NCBI GenBank assembly: GCA_963662545.2
Contig: CAXXLL010000003.1
Coordinates: 2,880,001 to 2,944,000 of the forward strand
DNA length: 64,000 nt
Source: Gammaproteobacteria bacterium
GTDB lineage: Bacteria; Pseudomonadota; Gammaproteobacteria; Ga0077536
Direction: 5' to 3'
Shown one piece after another: positions 10,823 to 20,712 of this stretch. How positions within the stretch are numbered: the stretch's first letter is position 1; each line of letters begins with the position of its first letter. The translations under genes and the position numbers were made by a program. The notes beneath the pieces are model-generated. The model saw nothing but the letters and a program-made list of their open reading frames with translations, searched no databases and was not told the origin of the DNA.

Positions 10823-11185
10823 ATGACCGAAAGCCTGACTAAGAAGACCTGCACGCCTTGCCGCGGCGGTACACCGCCTTTGACCGCGCAAGCGGTGGCT
10901 CAATTTCTACCGCAGGCGCCCGGTTGGACGGTGATCGAGGACCATACGAAGATCGAAGGCCAGTTCAAATTTAACAACTTCAGATACGCACTGGAATTCG
11001 TCCGCCAGGTAGGTGAATTAGCCGAAGCACAGTTTCACCACCCGCTGTTCATAAATTTTGGCTGGGGGTTCGCCACCATCGTGCTGCAATCCAAGAAAAT
11101 AAAGGGCTTGCACGAGAACGATTTCATCATGGCGGCAAAAATCAACGAGTTCGCCAGCGCGTTGACCGTAGATTCCGACGTTTGA
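10823..11185 (+). CDS. pterin-4-alpha-carbinolamine dehydratase
   Basis: CTPCRGG, AEAQFHHP, GLHENDFIMAAKI. Confidence 0.9.
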   Translation: MTESLTKKTCTPCRGGTPPLTAQAVAQFLPQAPGWTVIEDHTKIEGQFKFNNFRYALEFVRQVGELAEAQFHHPLFINFGWGFATIVLQSKKIKGLHENDFIMAAKINEFASALTVDSDV

Positions 11186-11283
11186 CCAAAAGCGCGTCCG
11201 CGGAGCTGTGTCCACGAGGCGGCGCTCTTGAAAGCAAACCGAAATCCCAGGCCTGCCTGCGACTGTCTTTCGTTCCAAAACTC

Positions 11284-12441
11284 CTAATTCTCCCTCGTTT
11301 TTCGCAGCGCCGCGGCGATCTTATTGAGCAGGTGATCGGCCAGGGCATGATGGCCGATTGTGGTCAGGGTGTGGTCATAGCGAAAATAGACGGGGCTCGA
11401 GCTGCGTTCCGCGAGCTTGCGAAGCAGCGGTGCTGCCATGATGCAGTCGAGTTCGAGTCGAGTACAGAATGCCTCGACGACCTCGATATCCGGCGCCGCA
11501 TAGTCGCGCGCCTCGAATCTGTAGGCGGCGCGTCCGTTCGCCCACTCGTCCGTGGACACCTGATGGGGCAGGGGAATGTGGATGAAGATGAATGGGAGGC
11601 CCCGTGCCTTGGCCATTGCGGCGAGCGCCGCCACGTGCTTTAAGGAATGCTGATGGAGCCGGGCTATTGTCTCGCGCGTACCGCGGGTCGCCGCGAAGAG
11701 ATCAGTTTTCGGATCGCCGGGTTCGACGGCTTCACGTGCGGTACGGGCTTCCCATTTGATTCTTAAAACCTTGAACAAGGTACTTCGGTCGAGGATAAAG
11801 CGGGTTTCCTGCGCCGTTGATGCAGGGCTTTCGTTCGCTGAGGCGGCTCTCAGTGCGAGGCCCTCGGCGTCAATTTCGGCGCCGGCGAGGAACCGATGGT
11901 CGGCGACAGGCATCAGGCTTGTATACACGAAAACCACGACGTCGGGGTCCAAGGATTCGATCAACTGGCGACCGAGCAGGTAGCTTTGCGCCGCGCCGTA
12001 GCCCGTCATGCCGGCATTAAATAAGCGCGTGCGGTAATGCATGTCTTCCATCTTGCGCAGCCGCCGCTCTATTTCTTTGACAAAAATCGAATCGGACATC
12101 ACGCCCCAGCCCTCTACAAACGAATCCCCGAGAACAATGACGTAGGGCGGGCGGCTGCCGGGATCAACCAGGCCGTATCCGCGCAAGTGGATATCGTTGA
12201 TCTGGTACAGGGCGACGAATTCGCCGTGCGCCGATTCGATGAGCTTGGAGGCATTGGCACGAAAGCGTCGACCGAGCACGAGGTCCGGCTCAACCAGTTC
12301 GGCGGGTAACTCGACTTCGTTCGGCTGGATCGGCGCGGGTAGTGCAGTTCCGTACGTCCACCGCGCCCACAATTCGGCCATGAGTAGCGCAACGAGCAGG
12401 GTCGTGGCGCCGCCAGCCGCGATCAACAGGGGTCGAATCAT
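11284..12441 (-). CDS. SGNH/GDSL hydrolase-like membrane-anchored protein
   Basis: N-terminal TM, VLGDSFVEG, NAGMTGYG, DHTLT...GH. Confidence 0.75.
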   Translation of the reverse strand: MIRPLLIAAGGATTLLVALLMAELWARWTYGTALPAPIQPNEVELPAELVEPDLVLGRRFRANASKLIESAHGEFVALYQINDIHLRGYGLVDPGSRPPYVIVLGDSFVEGWGVMSDSIFVKEIERRLRKMEDMHYRTRLFNAGMTGYGAAQSYLLGRQLIESLDPDVVVFVYTSLMPVADHRFLAGAEIDAEGLALRAASANESPASTAQETRFILDRSTLFKVLRIKWEARTAREAVEPGDPKTDLFAATRGTRETIARLHQHSLKHVAALAAMAKARGLPFIFIHIPLPHQVSTDEWANGRAAYRFEARDYAAPDIEVVEAFCTRLELDCIMAAPLLRKLAERSSSPVYFRYDHTLTTIGHHALADHLLNKIAAALRKTREN

Positions 12442-12593
12442 CCGAATCGTTTCACCTCTGCTCCCAAACGGCCGCGAAAAAATGAATATGGGGAGAGTAT
12501 AGGTAATTCGCAGGGCAATAAGTTATAAATAGTGCTGGCATATTGCTTATACTATTTTCTGAATTTTTGTCCCCGTATTTACAGGGTGTGTTA

Positions 12594-12917
12594 ATGAATG
12601 CAAAACACGTCATCGCGCGATTCTCCCTTGGGGAGCTCGTGCACCATAAGCTCTTCAATTATCGTGGGGTCGTGATCGATGTCGATCCGGAGTTTCAATT
12701 AACCGACGAGTGGTACGAGCAGGTTGCCCGCAGCCGGCCGCCCAAGGATCAGCCCTGGTACCACGTGTTGGTGCACAGTGGGACGCAACAGACTTACGTT
12801 GCGGAAAAAAATCTGGAGCCAGATGAAATCGGCGAGGCGATCGATCATCCTGCGGTCGACCGAATTTTCTCGGCGTTCCGCAACGGACGTTACGAAACCG
12901 AAAATCGCGCTAACTAA
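12594..12917 (+). CDS. hspQ: heat shock protein HspQ
   Basis: FSLGELVHHKLFNYRGVVIDVDP, PPKDQPWYHVLV, TYVAEKNL. Confidence 0.92.
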   Translation: MNAKHVIARFSLGELVHHKLFNYRGVVIDVDPEFQLTDEWYEQVARSRPPKDQPWYHVLVHSGTQQTYVAEKNLEPDEIGEAIDHPAVDRIFSAFRNGRYETENRAN

Positions 12918-14146
12918 TTCAAATACCGGCTCGGATCGCTGGCTGCGGTGGCAGCCATGAGTACTTCGGGCCGCTGGTGGTATTCGGCTTTGGCGCGGTG
13001 CGCCGCATCGTCGGGCTGAGGGCCGATGTAGCTACCGAGATCGCGGCCCCATTGGATAACGGCATTGCCATAAGCGAGGCGCGTAGCTTCCCATTGTTCG
13101 AGTGCTTTCGCCTGATCGGTGTCACTCAGTGCGCGCGCCAGGGACGACGCATCGTCGGCCGCCTTTGAAACACCGAGCCCAACGTGCGGTCGGGCAGTGA
13201 AAGCGGCATCGCCGATCAGAATCGTCCGATCTTTGATGAGCTGCTCGCTGGCGAAGTCGGACATGCCCTGGATGAACGGCCACTCGGTCGCGTTGACGAC
13301 GGCTTGAATCTGGGGCGCGAGATATCGACGGGCTTCATCGCGCAAGCGTTCGACGTGTTCACGCCGGATTAAATCGTGCGGTATTCCGTGCTCATGGTAA
13401 CGGCCGCTGCCGTCGGTCAACAGATCACGGAGGATGGCGTCGTCACCGGTACGATACCATCCCCAATTAAACCAGCGCTTGCCTGCCTCGAGTGCATCGC
13501 CGGGGCCGGCGACGAGGTAGCCGAGCCAATGTCCGCCCGGTGCCATGCCCAAGGCCATACGTTGCTCGAACGCTTTGAGGACTGCGGCTGGAATGAGTTT
13601 TTCGTCGATCAGGCCCCGCCAACCGAAGTATCCGCAGTACTCGTTACGGATCTCGGGCGCAACGATAGCGCGTACCGTAGAGCGCGCGCCGTCCGCGCCG
13701 ATAAGCCAGTCGCCCGATTCGCGGGCGCCATTCTCGAATACGGCGGTAACGCCATCGGCACTCGTTTCGATGTCTGCCAGCGCGTGCCCATGATGGTATT
13801 CGGCGTCGGATACCTGTTCGCGTAGGAAGCGGTAGATGAGGCCCCACGAAGTCATGATCTGCGGCATGTCGTAGGTGCCGAGTACGCTGCCATCGGCATC
13901 GAACATGATCCGGCCGTAACAGCGTACGCCCATCTCGTCACGTAACTCGATGCCGGCCTCGCGCAGCGCTTCGTAGAGTTCGTCGTGGGTGGCGATTCCC
14001 GCGCCGCGATTCGCCAACTCCTCGCTCGCGCGTTCGTAGACGTCGACCTTCCAACCGCGGCTGCGCAGCATAATGGCGGCGAACAGACCGGCCATCGAAC
14101 CGCCGATGATGAGGACGCGCCCTTTGGAATAGTCGGCCTTGGTCAT
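12914..14146 (-). CDS. FAD-dependent monooxygenase (2,6-dihydroxypyridine 3-hydroxylase-like)
   Basis: IIGGSMAGL, RGAGIATH, IGADGARSTVR, GDAAFTARPHVGLGVSKAA. Confidence 0.85.
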   Translation of the reverse strand: MTKADYSKGRVLIIGGSMAGLFAAIMLRSRGWKVDVYERASEELANRGAGIATHDELYEALREAGIELRDEMGVRCYGRIMFDADGSVLGTYDMPQIMTSWGLIYRFLREQVSDAEYHHGHALADIETSADGVTAVFENGARESGDWLIGADGARSTVRAIVAPEIRNEYCGYFGWRGLIDEKLIPAAVLKAFEQRMALGMAPGGHWLGYLVAGPGDALEAGKRWFNWGWYRTGDDAILRDLLTDGSGRYHEHGIPHDLIRREHVERLRDEARRYLAPQIQAVVNATEWPFIQGMSDFASEQLIKDRTILIGDAAFTARPHVGLGVSKAADDASSLARALSDTDQAKALEQWEATRLAYGNAVIQWGRDLGSYIGPQPDDAAHRAKAEYHQRPEVLMAATAASDPSRYLN

Positions 14147-14158
14147 CGCAATACCCGT

Positions 14159-15094
14159 TCAGGCAAACGCATTGCGCAGCGCCTGCGCGGCGTCGTCGAG
14201 TGCGGTAATGGCCTTGTCGACCTTGGCGCCCATGCGCATGAATCCGTGAATCATCCCCATATAACAGGTGTATTCGACCTCGACACCCGCGTGCTTCAGG
14301 GTATCGGCGTACTTTTTCCCTTCGTCAAGCAGCGGGTCGTATTCCGCCGTCTGAATGAAAGCCGGCGGCAGCCCGGAATGATCCAGCGCCTGCTGAGGTG
14401 AGGCGTGGGGGTCAGATCGGGAAATGCGATTGGGAAGGTACCAGTCGGTGAACTTTTCGACGGCGACTTTCGTCAACAGGTAGCCCGTCCCGTTTTTTTT
14501 CAGTGAATCGTTGTCAGCTAGAAAATCAACGGCAGGGTAGATCAGCAACTGCAGCTTGAGCAGCGGCGAGCCAGCGTCGCGCACGGCAAGGGCCACCGCG
14601 GCAGTCAAATTGGCGCCGGCCGAATCGCCGCCGATCGCGAGGCGTTTCGGATCGATGTTCAGTTCGGCGGCTGCCGAATCGACCCAGTGTACGGCGGCGA
14701 GGGCATCGTCGAACGGCGCGGGGAACTTGTGCTCGGGCGCCAGGCGGTAATCGACCGCGACGACGATGGCACCGCTGTTGGCGGCGAGATGACGGCACAT
14801 ATGGTCGTGCGTGTCGAGATCACCGACCACCCAACCGCCGCCGTGAAAGAATATGAGGGCGGGCGAGGGCGCATCGCCCTGCGTCCGGGGGCGGTATAGT
14901 CGCACCGGGATGTTACTCGCAGGGCCCGCGAACACGAGGTTGGCTATGCTGTCTAGCGTGGGGGTCTGGTGCCGGTAGAGATCCGTCGTCGCGGCGTAAC
15001 CGGATCGGACCAGCTTCGGATCATCGGCTTCGAACGGCGACCCGGCTTGCGCTGCGGCATCGACGATGGCCTGGCATTGGGGATCGAGCGACAT
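14159..15094 (-). CDS. HSL-family alpha/beta hydrolase (esterase)
   Basis: HGGGW, GDSAG, DPLLDEG, HGF. Confidence 0.93.
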   Translation of the reverse strand: MSLDPQCQAIVDAAAQAGSPFEADDPKLVRSGYAATTDLYRHQTPTLDSIANLVFAGPASNIPVRLYRPRTQGDAPSPALIFFHGGGWVVGDLDTHDHMCRHLAANSGAIVVAVDYRLAPEHKFPAPFDDALAAVHWVDSAAAELNIDPKRLAIGGDSAGANLTAAVALAVRDAGSPLLKLQLLIYPAVDFLADNDSLKKNGTGYLLTKVAVEKFTDWYLPNRISRSDPHASPQQALDHSGLPPAFIQTAEYDPLLDEGKKYADTLKHAGVEVEYTCYMGMIHGFMRMGAKVDKAITALDDAAQALRNAFA

Positions 15095-15206
15095 CAGCGC
15101 AGTATACGAAAATAGGCTTGGCGGCGGGTCAAGCTACGCTCGTTCAACGTCGTTAACAGGTTGTTAATGGAGTTCGATCATCTTCCGGGACTGTCGCGTC
15201 GATTCC

Positions 15207-15488
15207 TCACTCTCCGCCCAAAATAAACAGACTGTCCATCGCTTCTTTGCGCAAGGGCAAAAGGGCCTGGTACTCGTCGGAGTGGTACCAGTTCTTTGCC
15301 GCCTCCGCATCGGGGAACTCAAGTACGACGATTCGCTTATGGGGAGTCTCTCCATAAAGCGCCTGGAGCGGTCCGCCGGCGACCAGCTTGCCGCCATAGG
15401 CGGCGAGAGTCGGACCTGCGGCGCGTCCGTATTCCTGCATTTTGTCCGGGTCTTTGGGAGTCGCTTGAGCGACGATGTAAGCGGCCAT
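15207..15488 (-). CDS. DUF1330 domain protein
   Basis: MAAYIV, YGGK, VVLEFPD, WYHSDEYQ. Confidence 0.88.
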   Translation of the reverse strand: MAAYIVAQATPKDPDKMQEYGRAAGPTLAAYGGKLVAGGPLQALYGETPHKRIVVLEFPDAEAAKNWYHSDEYQALLPLRKEAMDSLFILGGE

Positions 15489-15569
15489 GATGTGCTCCTC
15501 GTTTAACTTGGCGTCGTTTGAATCTGTGATTTAGCGGTACCAGCTCTGTCGGCGTACCCCATCCAGCGG

Positions 15570-16376
15570 TTACAGAAACTTCTCAAGGGCGCGCTCTGAT
15601 GCAGTCCAAAATGCGTCAGCCAGCTTACCGTCGCGCGCCGCGACGGTAGGCTTTTTCTCCCTGCAGCCGACGAAATACCTGCCGCTCAGGCCTTCGACTT
15701 TGGGCGAGGTTGCGAGATGAACCGAGGTCGCTGCACCGTCCTGAACCGAGCCTCCGCCCTTGCTAAAACCGGCGCGTAGGAGTTTCGTGGCGACGACTCC
15801 GGGATGCAGCGCATTGGCGGTCGTCTCGCCGCCGCGCATTCTATCCGCAAGGGCGTGTGTGAAGAGCAGATTTGCAAGCTTGGAGGTGCCATAGGCTCCG
15901 TAGGCACTCCAGTCGCGCGATAGTTCCAAATCTTTTATGTCCAGTTTTGCGCCCTGATGTGTCATCGAACTCACGGTGACGATACGTCCGCGAGGCGCGC
16001 ATTCGATCGTAGGCAACAAGCGTCTGGTCAGTAAAAACGAAGCAAAGTGGTTGACTGCCATCGTCATCTCGAAGCCGTCTTCGCTCACGCGCCGCTCTTT
16101 TTCGTACACACCCGCGTTATTGATCAATACATCGAGCTGTGGGACCAGCGCATTGACCTGATCGGCCATGCTTGCGACCTCGCACATGCGCGAGAAATCC
16201 CCCCACACCGGCGTCGCGTTCGCCGACCCGCTCTCCGCATTCAGCGCGGATGCTGCCTCCGTGGCCTTGGATTCACTGCGGCCATGAACCAGTACGTGCA
16301 GGCCGTGCTCCAGCAGCCGGCGGGCAGTTTCCCGCCCGATCCCGTCTGTCGCGCCAGTGACGAGTGCGGTTTTCAT
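15570..16376 (-). CDS. short-chain dehydrogenase/reductase
   Basis: TGATDGIG, INNAG, YGTSK; start overlaps the ALDH stop (ATGA). Confidence 0.9.
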   Translation of the reverse strand: MKTALVTGATDGIGRETARRLLEHGLHVLVHGRSESKATEAASALNAESGSANATPVWGDFSRMCEVASMADQVNALVPQLDVLINNAGVYEKERRVSEDGFEMTMAVNHFASFLLTRRLLPTIECAPRGRIVTVSSMTHQGAKLDIKDLELSRDWSAYGAYGTSKLANLLFTHALADRMRGGETTANALHPGVVATKLLRAGFSKGGGSVQDGAATSVHLATSPKVEGLSGRYFVGCREKKPTVAARDGKLADAFWTASERALEKFL

Positions 16377-17875
16377 GAACGCTTGTAATAGGGTGGGATT
16401 TCCGCCGCGTAATTCACCCACACGGATTTCGACTCGGTGTATTCGTTCATGCACTCCACACCCAGGTCGCGGCCGAAGCCGGATTGGCCGACGCCGCCGA
16501 AGGGCGATCCCGGGTGCACGCGCTTGTAGCAGTTGATCCACACCATGCCGGCGTCGATGGCATCGGCGACACGATGCGCGCGCGCCAAATCGGTCGTCCA
16601 CAAACCGCTGCCGAGACCGTATTCGGTCGCGTTAGCGAGCTCGATGGCCTCTGCTTCGTCTTTGAAGCGGGTCACGGTCACGAACGGGCCGAAGACTTCC
16701 TGGGTAAACACCGTGTCGCCCGGCCGGGCTTCGACCACGGTCGGTTTTAAAAAGCAGCCCGCGTTCAATTCAGGCTCGTCGGGAACGCCGCCGCCGCTGA
16801 GTATGGTGTTGCCTTCCTTGTGACAGGTTTCGATGTAGGCCAGCACGCGCTCCTGGTGCAGGCGCGACGTCAGCGGCCCCATTTCGGTTTCTGGATCGAG
16901 CGGATCGCCGAGCCGGATTGATTCGGCGAGCGCGATGAACTTTTCGAGAAAGGCGTCGGCGATGTTTTCATGGAGCAGCAGACGCGAGCCTGCAATGCAG
17001 GCCTGCCCCTGGTTATGAAAAATGGCGAAGGCCGAGCCGCCCACGGCGGCCGGAATGACCGCATCATCGAACACGATGTTCGGCCCTTTACCACCGAGTT
17101 CGAGCGAGACACGTTTGAGGTTTCCCGCGGACGCTTCGATGATCTTGCGGCCGGTCGCGGTCGAACCGGTGAAGGCCAGCTTGTTTACATCCGGATGTTC
17201 GGCCAGCCGCTGGCCGGCCGTATGACCGTAGCCGGGCACGATGTTGACGACGCCGTCCGGGATCCCGACCTCCTGCATGAGTTCGGCGAGACGGAGTGTC
17301 GTCAGCGGCGTGATTTCCGACGGCTTCATCACGACCGTGTTGCCGGCCGCCATCGCCGGACCCAGTTTCCAACTGCAGAACATGAGTGGAAAGTTCCACG
17401 GCACGATCTGACCGACGACGCCGACCGGCTGACGCTTGACGATGTTGAGGAATCCCGGCTCTACGGGTACCTGCCGCCCGTCGATCTTGTCAGCGAGCCC
17501 GGCGAAATACCGAAAATTGAGCAAGGATCGTGGGACGTCGAGAAACCGCGTGTCCCTGATCGGATGTCCGGTATCGATCGCTTCGAGTTCGGCGAGTTCG
17601 TCGAAGCACGACTCCATTTTCTCGACCAGCTTGTATAGCAGGCGGCCGCGCTCCGACGCAGCCATGCCCGCCCATGCGGGGAAGGCCGCGCGCGCCGCGG
17701 CCACTGCTCGATCAACATCGGCCTCCCGTGCTTCCGCAATTTCGAACAATTCTTCGTTGTTGAACGGGTTGACGACGCTGATGCGTCCGCCGTCGACGGC
17801 ATCGACCCATTCACCGCCGATGAAGAGCTGGCGCGGCAAACGGTCTAGATCCACAACCTTGGTTTTGTCCAGCAT
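16373..17875 (-). CDS. aldehyde dehydrogenase (probable 4-hydroxymuconic semialdehyde dehydrogenase, HapE/PnpD-like)
   Basis: PWNFP, LELGGK, HNQGQACIAG; directly downstream of the hydroquinone dioxygenase subunits. Confidence 0.88.
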   Translation of the reverse strand: MLDKTKVVDLDRLPRQLFIGGEWVDAVDGGRISVVNPFNNEELFEIAEAREADVDRAVAAARAAFPAWAGMAASERGRLLYKLVEKMESCFDELAELEAIDTGHPIRDTRFLDVPRSLLNFRYFAGLADKIDGRQVPVEPGFLNIVKRQPVGVVGQIVPWNFPLMFCSWKLGPAMAAGNTVVMKPSEITPLTTLRLAELMQEVGIPDGVVNIVPGYGHTAGQRLAEHPDVNKLAFTGSTATGRKIIEASAGNLKRVSLELGGKGPNIVFDDAVIPAAVGGSAFAIFHNQGQACIAGSRLLLHENIADAFLEKFIALAESIRLGDPLDPETEMGPLTSRLHQERVLAYIETCHKEGNTILSGGGVPDEPELNAGCFLKPTVVEARPGDTVFTQEVFGPFVTVTRFKDEAEAIELANATEYGLGSGLWTTDLARAHRVADAIDAGMVWINCYKRVHPGSPFGGVGQSGFGRDLGVECMNEYTESKSVWVNYAAEIPPYYKRS

Positions 17876-17903
17876 GGTGTCTTTAACTGTATGCAACCAT
17901 CGG

Positions 17904-18917
17904 TCAGAACTCAGCCGCGGTCGGCGGCAATTCGCCGGAGCCATAACGTTCTTCGAGGCCGGGGGCCATGTTTTCCCACACCAGGAGCATCGAGCGTTTC
18001 GGCGAAAAGCCGCGATGCCGAATGTCGGCGGGCATCGCAGAGACGTCGCCGGCTTTCATGGTTACCACGGCGCGCGGTGCCCCGGTCTCCTTGTCGCCGA
18101 CTTCCCAGGTGATCTGGTCGGACAACTGGATGAACCACTCGACGCGATCGTTGCCGTGTTGGATCGGAAGAATATGCTCCTCCGAGGTTGGACAATAGGC
18201 ACTCTCGCCGACGCAGGACACGATGGATGGATTCCAGGTCACGGGCGAGCGCGCGAGATAATCGAACAAGCTGAATGCCGACAACTGCCCTTCGAACCCG
18301 GGCTCGGCGTGCACTTCCGGCGCGTCCTGCACGACGTCTCGAAAGTGGCGGTTGACGGGGAATCCCCGTTCGTCGGTACGAATTTCCGTATCGCCGGGCA
18401 GGCCAACGAAGCGTTCGGCGAGTTCACGCTGGAAATTGACGGCCTCATCGTTGTTGCCGTTTTTGGATCCATAAGGCGTTCCGGTTTCCAGCGGCGCAGC
18501 AAAGGGATCGTAGCCCTCGTTAGTCCAATCAGAGAGCAACGATTTGAAACAGGCCAGGAGTTTCGCCGCATCGAACCGTTCGACAAAGTCGGTGCCCGCC
18601 GTCTTGTAACCGGCGTTGTACGTACCGACGAAGACATCGACCGAGCCATAGCGGTTGACCGTGCCGAAGATGTCGTCGAAGTTGACCCATCCGTAGAAAA
18701 ACCCCCAAGCGACGTCACGCATCATCGATCGCAAGAAGTTCCCGACGTCCGCGATGTAGGTTCCTTTCGGGTAGCTGACACGGACGAAATATTCATCGCG
18801 TTCGAATTTGAAACGGCCGATTTCATACACGTGGTAGCCATAGCGTTCATCGAGGACGGCTTTGTGGTCGTCATCGATAATCGGTGTTTCAGTCGGGTGT
18901 TTGGTTGCCGTTGCCAT
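17904..18917 (-). CDS. hydroquinone 1,2-dioxygenase large subunit (HapD/PnpC2-like)
   Basis: RDVAWGFFYGWVNFD, DPFAAP, TWNPS, HGNDRVEWF, DIRHRG, SMLLVWEN. Confidence 0.9.
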   Translation of the reverse strand: MATATKHPTETPIIDDDHKAVLDERYGYHVYEIGRFKFERDEYFVRVSYPKGTYIADVGNFLRSMMRDVAWGFFYGWVNFDDIFGTVNRYGSVDVFVGTYNAGYKTAGTDFVERFDAAKLLACFKSLLSDWTNEGYDPFAAPLETGTPYGSKNGNNDEAVNFQRELAERFVGLPGDTEIRTDERGFPVNRHFRDVVQDAPEVHAEPGFEGQLSAFSLFDYLARSPVTWNPSIVSCVGESAYCPTSEEHILPIQHGNDRVEWFIQLSDQITWEVGDKETGAPRAVVTMKAGDVSAMPADIRHRGFSPKRSMLLVWENMAPGLEERYGSGELPPTAAEF

Positions 18918-18955
18918 GAGTGATATCTCCGGGGGCGGTGTACGTGCTTTTCGAT

Positions 18956-19456
18956 TCAGTGCTGGCAAATCTCGGCCCAGCGTTCGATGGATTCTTCGCC
19001 TTCGATCGATTGCAGGAGCACGACACCTAGCGATTGCGGCCTGATCTGGTAGGCGGCGCCGGCGGGGAGCAAGGCCATGTGGCCGCGTCCCATTTTTACG
19101 TGGCTCATGATTCTGCCCGCGGGTTCGACGTCGAGTCTGCGCGCGCCCTGTTTGTCCTCGGGAGGCTTGAGGTCGCTGTCGTCTGGCGCGATGAAGTAAA
19201 CCGTCATCTCACCCTGCATCGCCAGTATGGTTTCGTCGTGTGAACAGATATACCAGGGCGAATCCCCCTCGGCGTGCGCGCATTCGATCGTGAATTCGAG
19301 GTTCTTGGCAACGACGACCCTCTCCCAGGGCCTGGATCGTCCAGCGACCTCGAAAAGGTTCGAGAAGAGATATCTTTTCGGCGATTCCGCGCCGACGATC
19401 TCGACGCCGCCTTTCTCATACGCCTCGATCGAGGCGAAGTGTGTAGCGGTGGCCAT
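18956..19456 (-). CDS. hydroquinone 1,2-dioxygenase small subunit (HapC/PnpC1-like)
   Basis: YLFSNLFEVA, PWERVVVAKNLE, CSHDE, GHMALLPAGAAY, WAEIC. Confidence 0.88.
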   Translation of the reverse strand: MATATHFASIEAYEKGGVEIVGAESPKRYLFSNLFEVAGRSRPWERVVVAKNLEFTIECAHAEGDSPWYICSHDETILAMQGEMTVYFIAPDDSDLKPPEDKQGARRLDVEPAGRIMSHVKMGRGHMALLPAGAAYQIRPQSLGVVLLQSIEGEESIERWAEICQH

Positions 19457-19665
19457 CTGCCTGCCTCCTCGCATGAATTCAGGACCGTTCACGGTACGGC
19501 GGGCGTTCTTCGCGCACGCTCTGTACGGTTTCTAGAATAGCCTAAAGTGGCTTGCTGTCGGAAATACGACAAGTCCGGCTCGAAATACCGGTTCTCAGCC
19601 ACCCGCTTGTCGAGGTCCGAATGTCGCGGATCCGGGATCACGCACAAGTTTTGGCTACAAGCGGG

Positions 19666-19971
19666 CTAGCGCTCCGTCCACGGCGATAGCGGCTCGATCA
19701 AAACGTCGGAATCCGGACTCACCGAGCAAAGCAGAACGCATCCGTCCTTCCTGTCGGCTACGCTGCCGAGCGCGTTTTTTGACGGACGACGGGTCGGTTG
19801 CACCGATCCTTCGAGTACCCGGGCTCGGCAAATAGTGCAGCGGCCCTGCCGGCAGCCTGTGGTCAGTTCATACCCTGCATTCGATGCCGCCTGGGCGATC
19901 GAACGGCCGGCCTCGCAAGTGAATTCGGCGATCGCGCCGTCGGCGCTTTGCAGAATGATGCGATAGGCCAT
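19666..19971 (-). CDS. plant-type 2Fe-2S ferredoxin (XylT-like)
   Basis: GCRQGRCTIC...VLLC. Confidence 0.85.
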   Translation of the reverse strand: MAYRIILQSADGAIAEFTCEAGRSIAQAASNAGYELTTGCRQGRCTICRARVLEGSVQPTRRPSKNALGSVADRKDGCVLLCSVSPDSDVLIEPLSPWTER

Positions 19972-20000
19972 TTGGAATTATTCGACTTCGAAGATCCTAC

Positions 20001-20633
20001 TTATAGGGGCATCGGGATGTCGGCCGGGTTGGGTACGATGAAACCGCGCTTTACAGCAGGGCGCTCTGCGATTTGCCTGTACCACCTCAGTGCATTCGGA
20101 TAGTCCTTGAAATCGACACCCTGCCATTCGAAGCGCGAAATCCATGGCCACGTCGCCACATCGGCTATGGTGTATTCGCCGCCGGCAAGATATTCGTTTT
20201 CACCGAGACGTCGATCCAGTACACCGTAGAGCCGCTTTGCTTCATTGCCGTAACGTTGCGCGGCGTAATCGGATTTACCCGGATTAAAATGCACGAAGTG
20301 ATGCGCCTGACCCAGCATGGGTCCGACGCCGCCCATCTGCCACATGAGCCACTCGATCGTGCGCCAGTATTCGTCACCGCCGATCGGCAGAAATTGTCCC
20401 GCTTCACGCGCAAGGTAGAGCAGGATCGCGCCGGATTCCATGAGCGCCAGGCCTGCTTCGTTATCGACCATGGCAGGAATCTTGTTGTTAGGGCTGATCT
20501 TGAGAAATTCGGGTCCGAACTGTTCGTCCTTGGTTATATTGATCGCATGTACGTCATACGCCAATCCGAGCTCTTCGAGCATGATGGAGACTTTACGCCC
20601 GTTGGGCGTCGACCAGGTGTATAAATCGATCAT
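20001..20633 (-). CDS. glutathione S-transferase (YfcG/Nu-like)
   Basis: TPNGRKV, SPNNKIP, ESGAIL, WQMGGVGPMLGQAHHF. Confidence 0.92.
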   Translation of the reverse strand: MIDLYTWSTPNGRKVSIMLEELGLAYDVHAINITKDEQFGPEFLKISPNNKIPAMVDNEAGLALMESGAILLYLAREAGQFLPIGGDEYWRTIEWLMWQMGGVGPMLGQAHHFVHFNPGKSDYAAQRYGNEAKRLYGVLDRRLGENEYLAGGEYTIADVATWPWISRFEWQGVDFKDYPNALRWYRQIAERPAVKRGFIVPNPADIPMPL

Positions 20634-20712
20634 GAATGACTCCGGGCGGGTAAAACCATGGCATTGCTAGGCCGCAAAATGCCGGACGAGCGAATCGGTA
20701 GCGGCGGCTGAA

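Noticed and set aside
12555-12582. sigma-32 promoter upstream of hspQ
   Set aside because: CTGAA and CCCCGTAT are too closely spaced for the consensus
17436-18923. 495-aa plus-strand ORF
   Set aside because: Antisense to ALDH and HapD-like genes; low-information GC-rich shadow ORF
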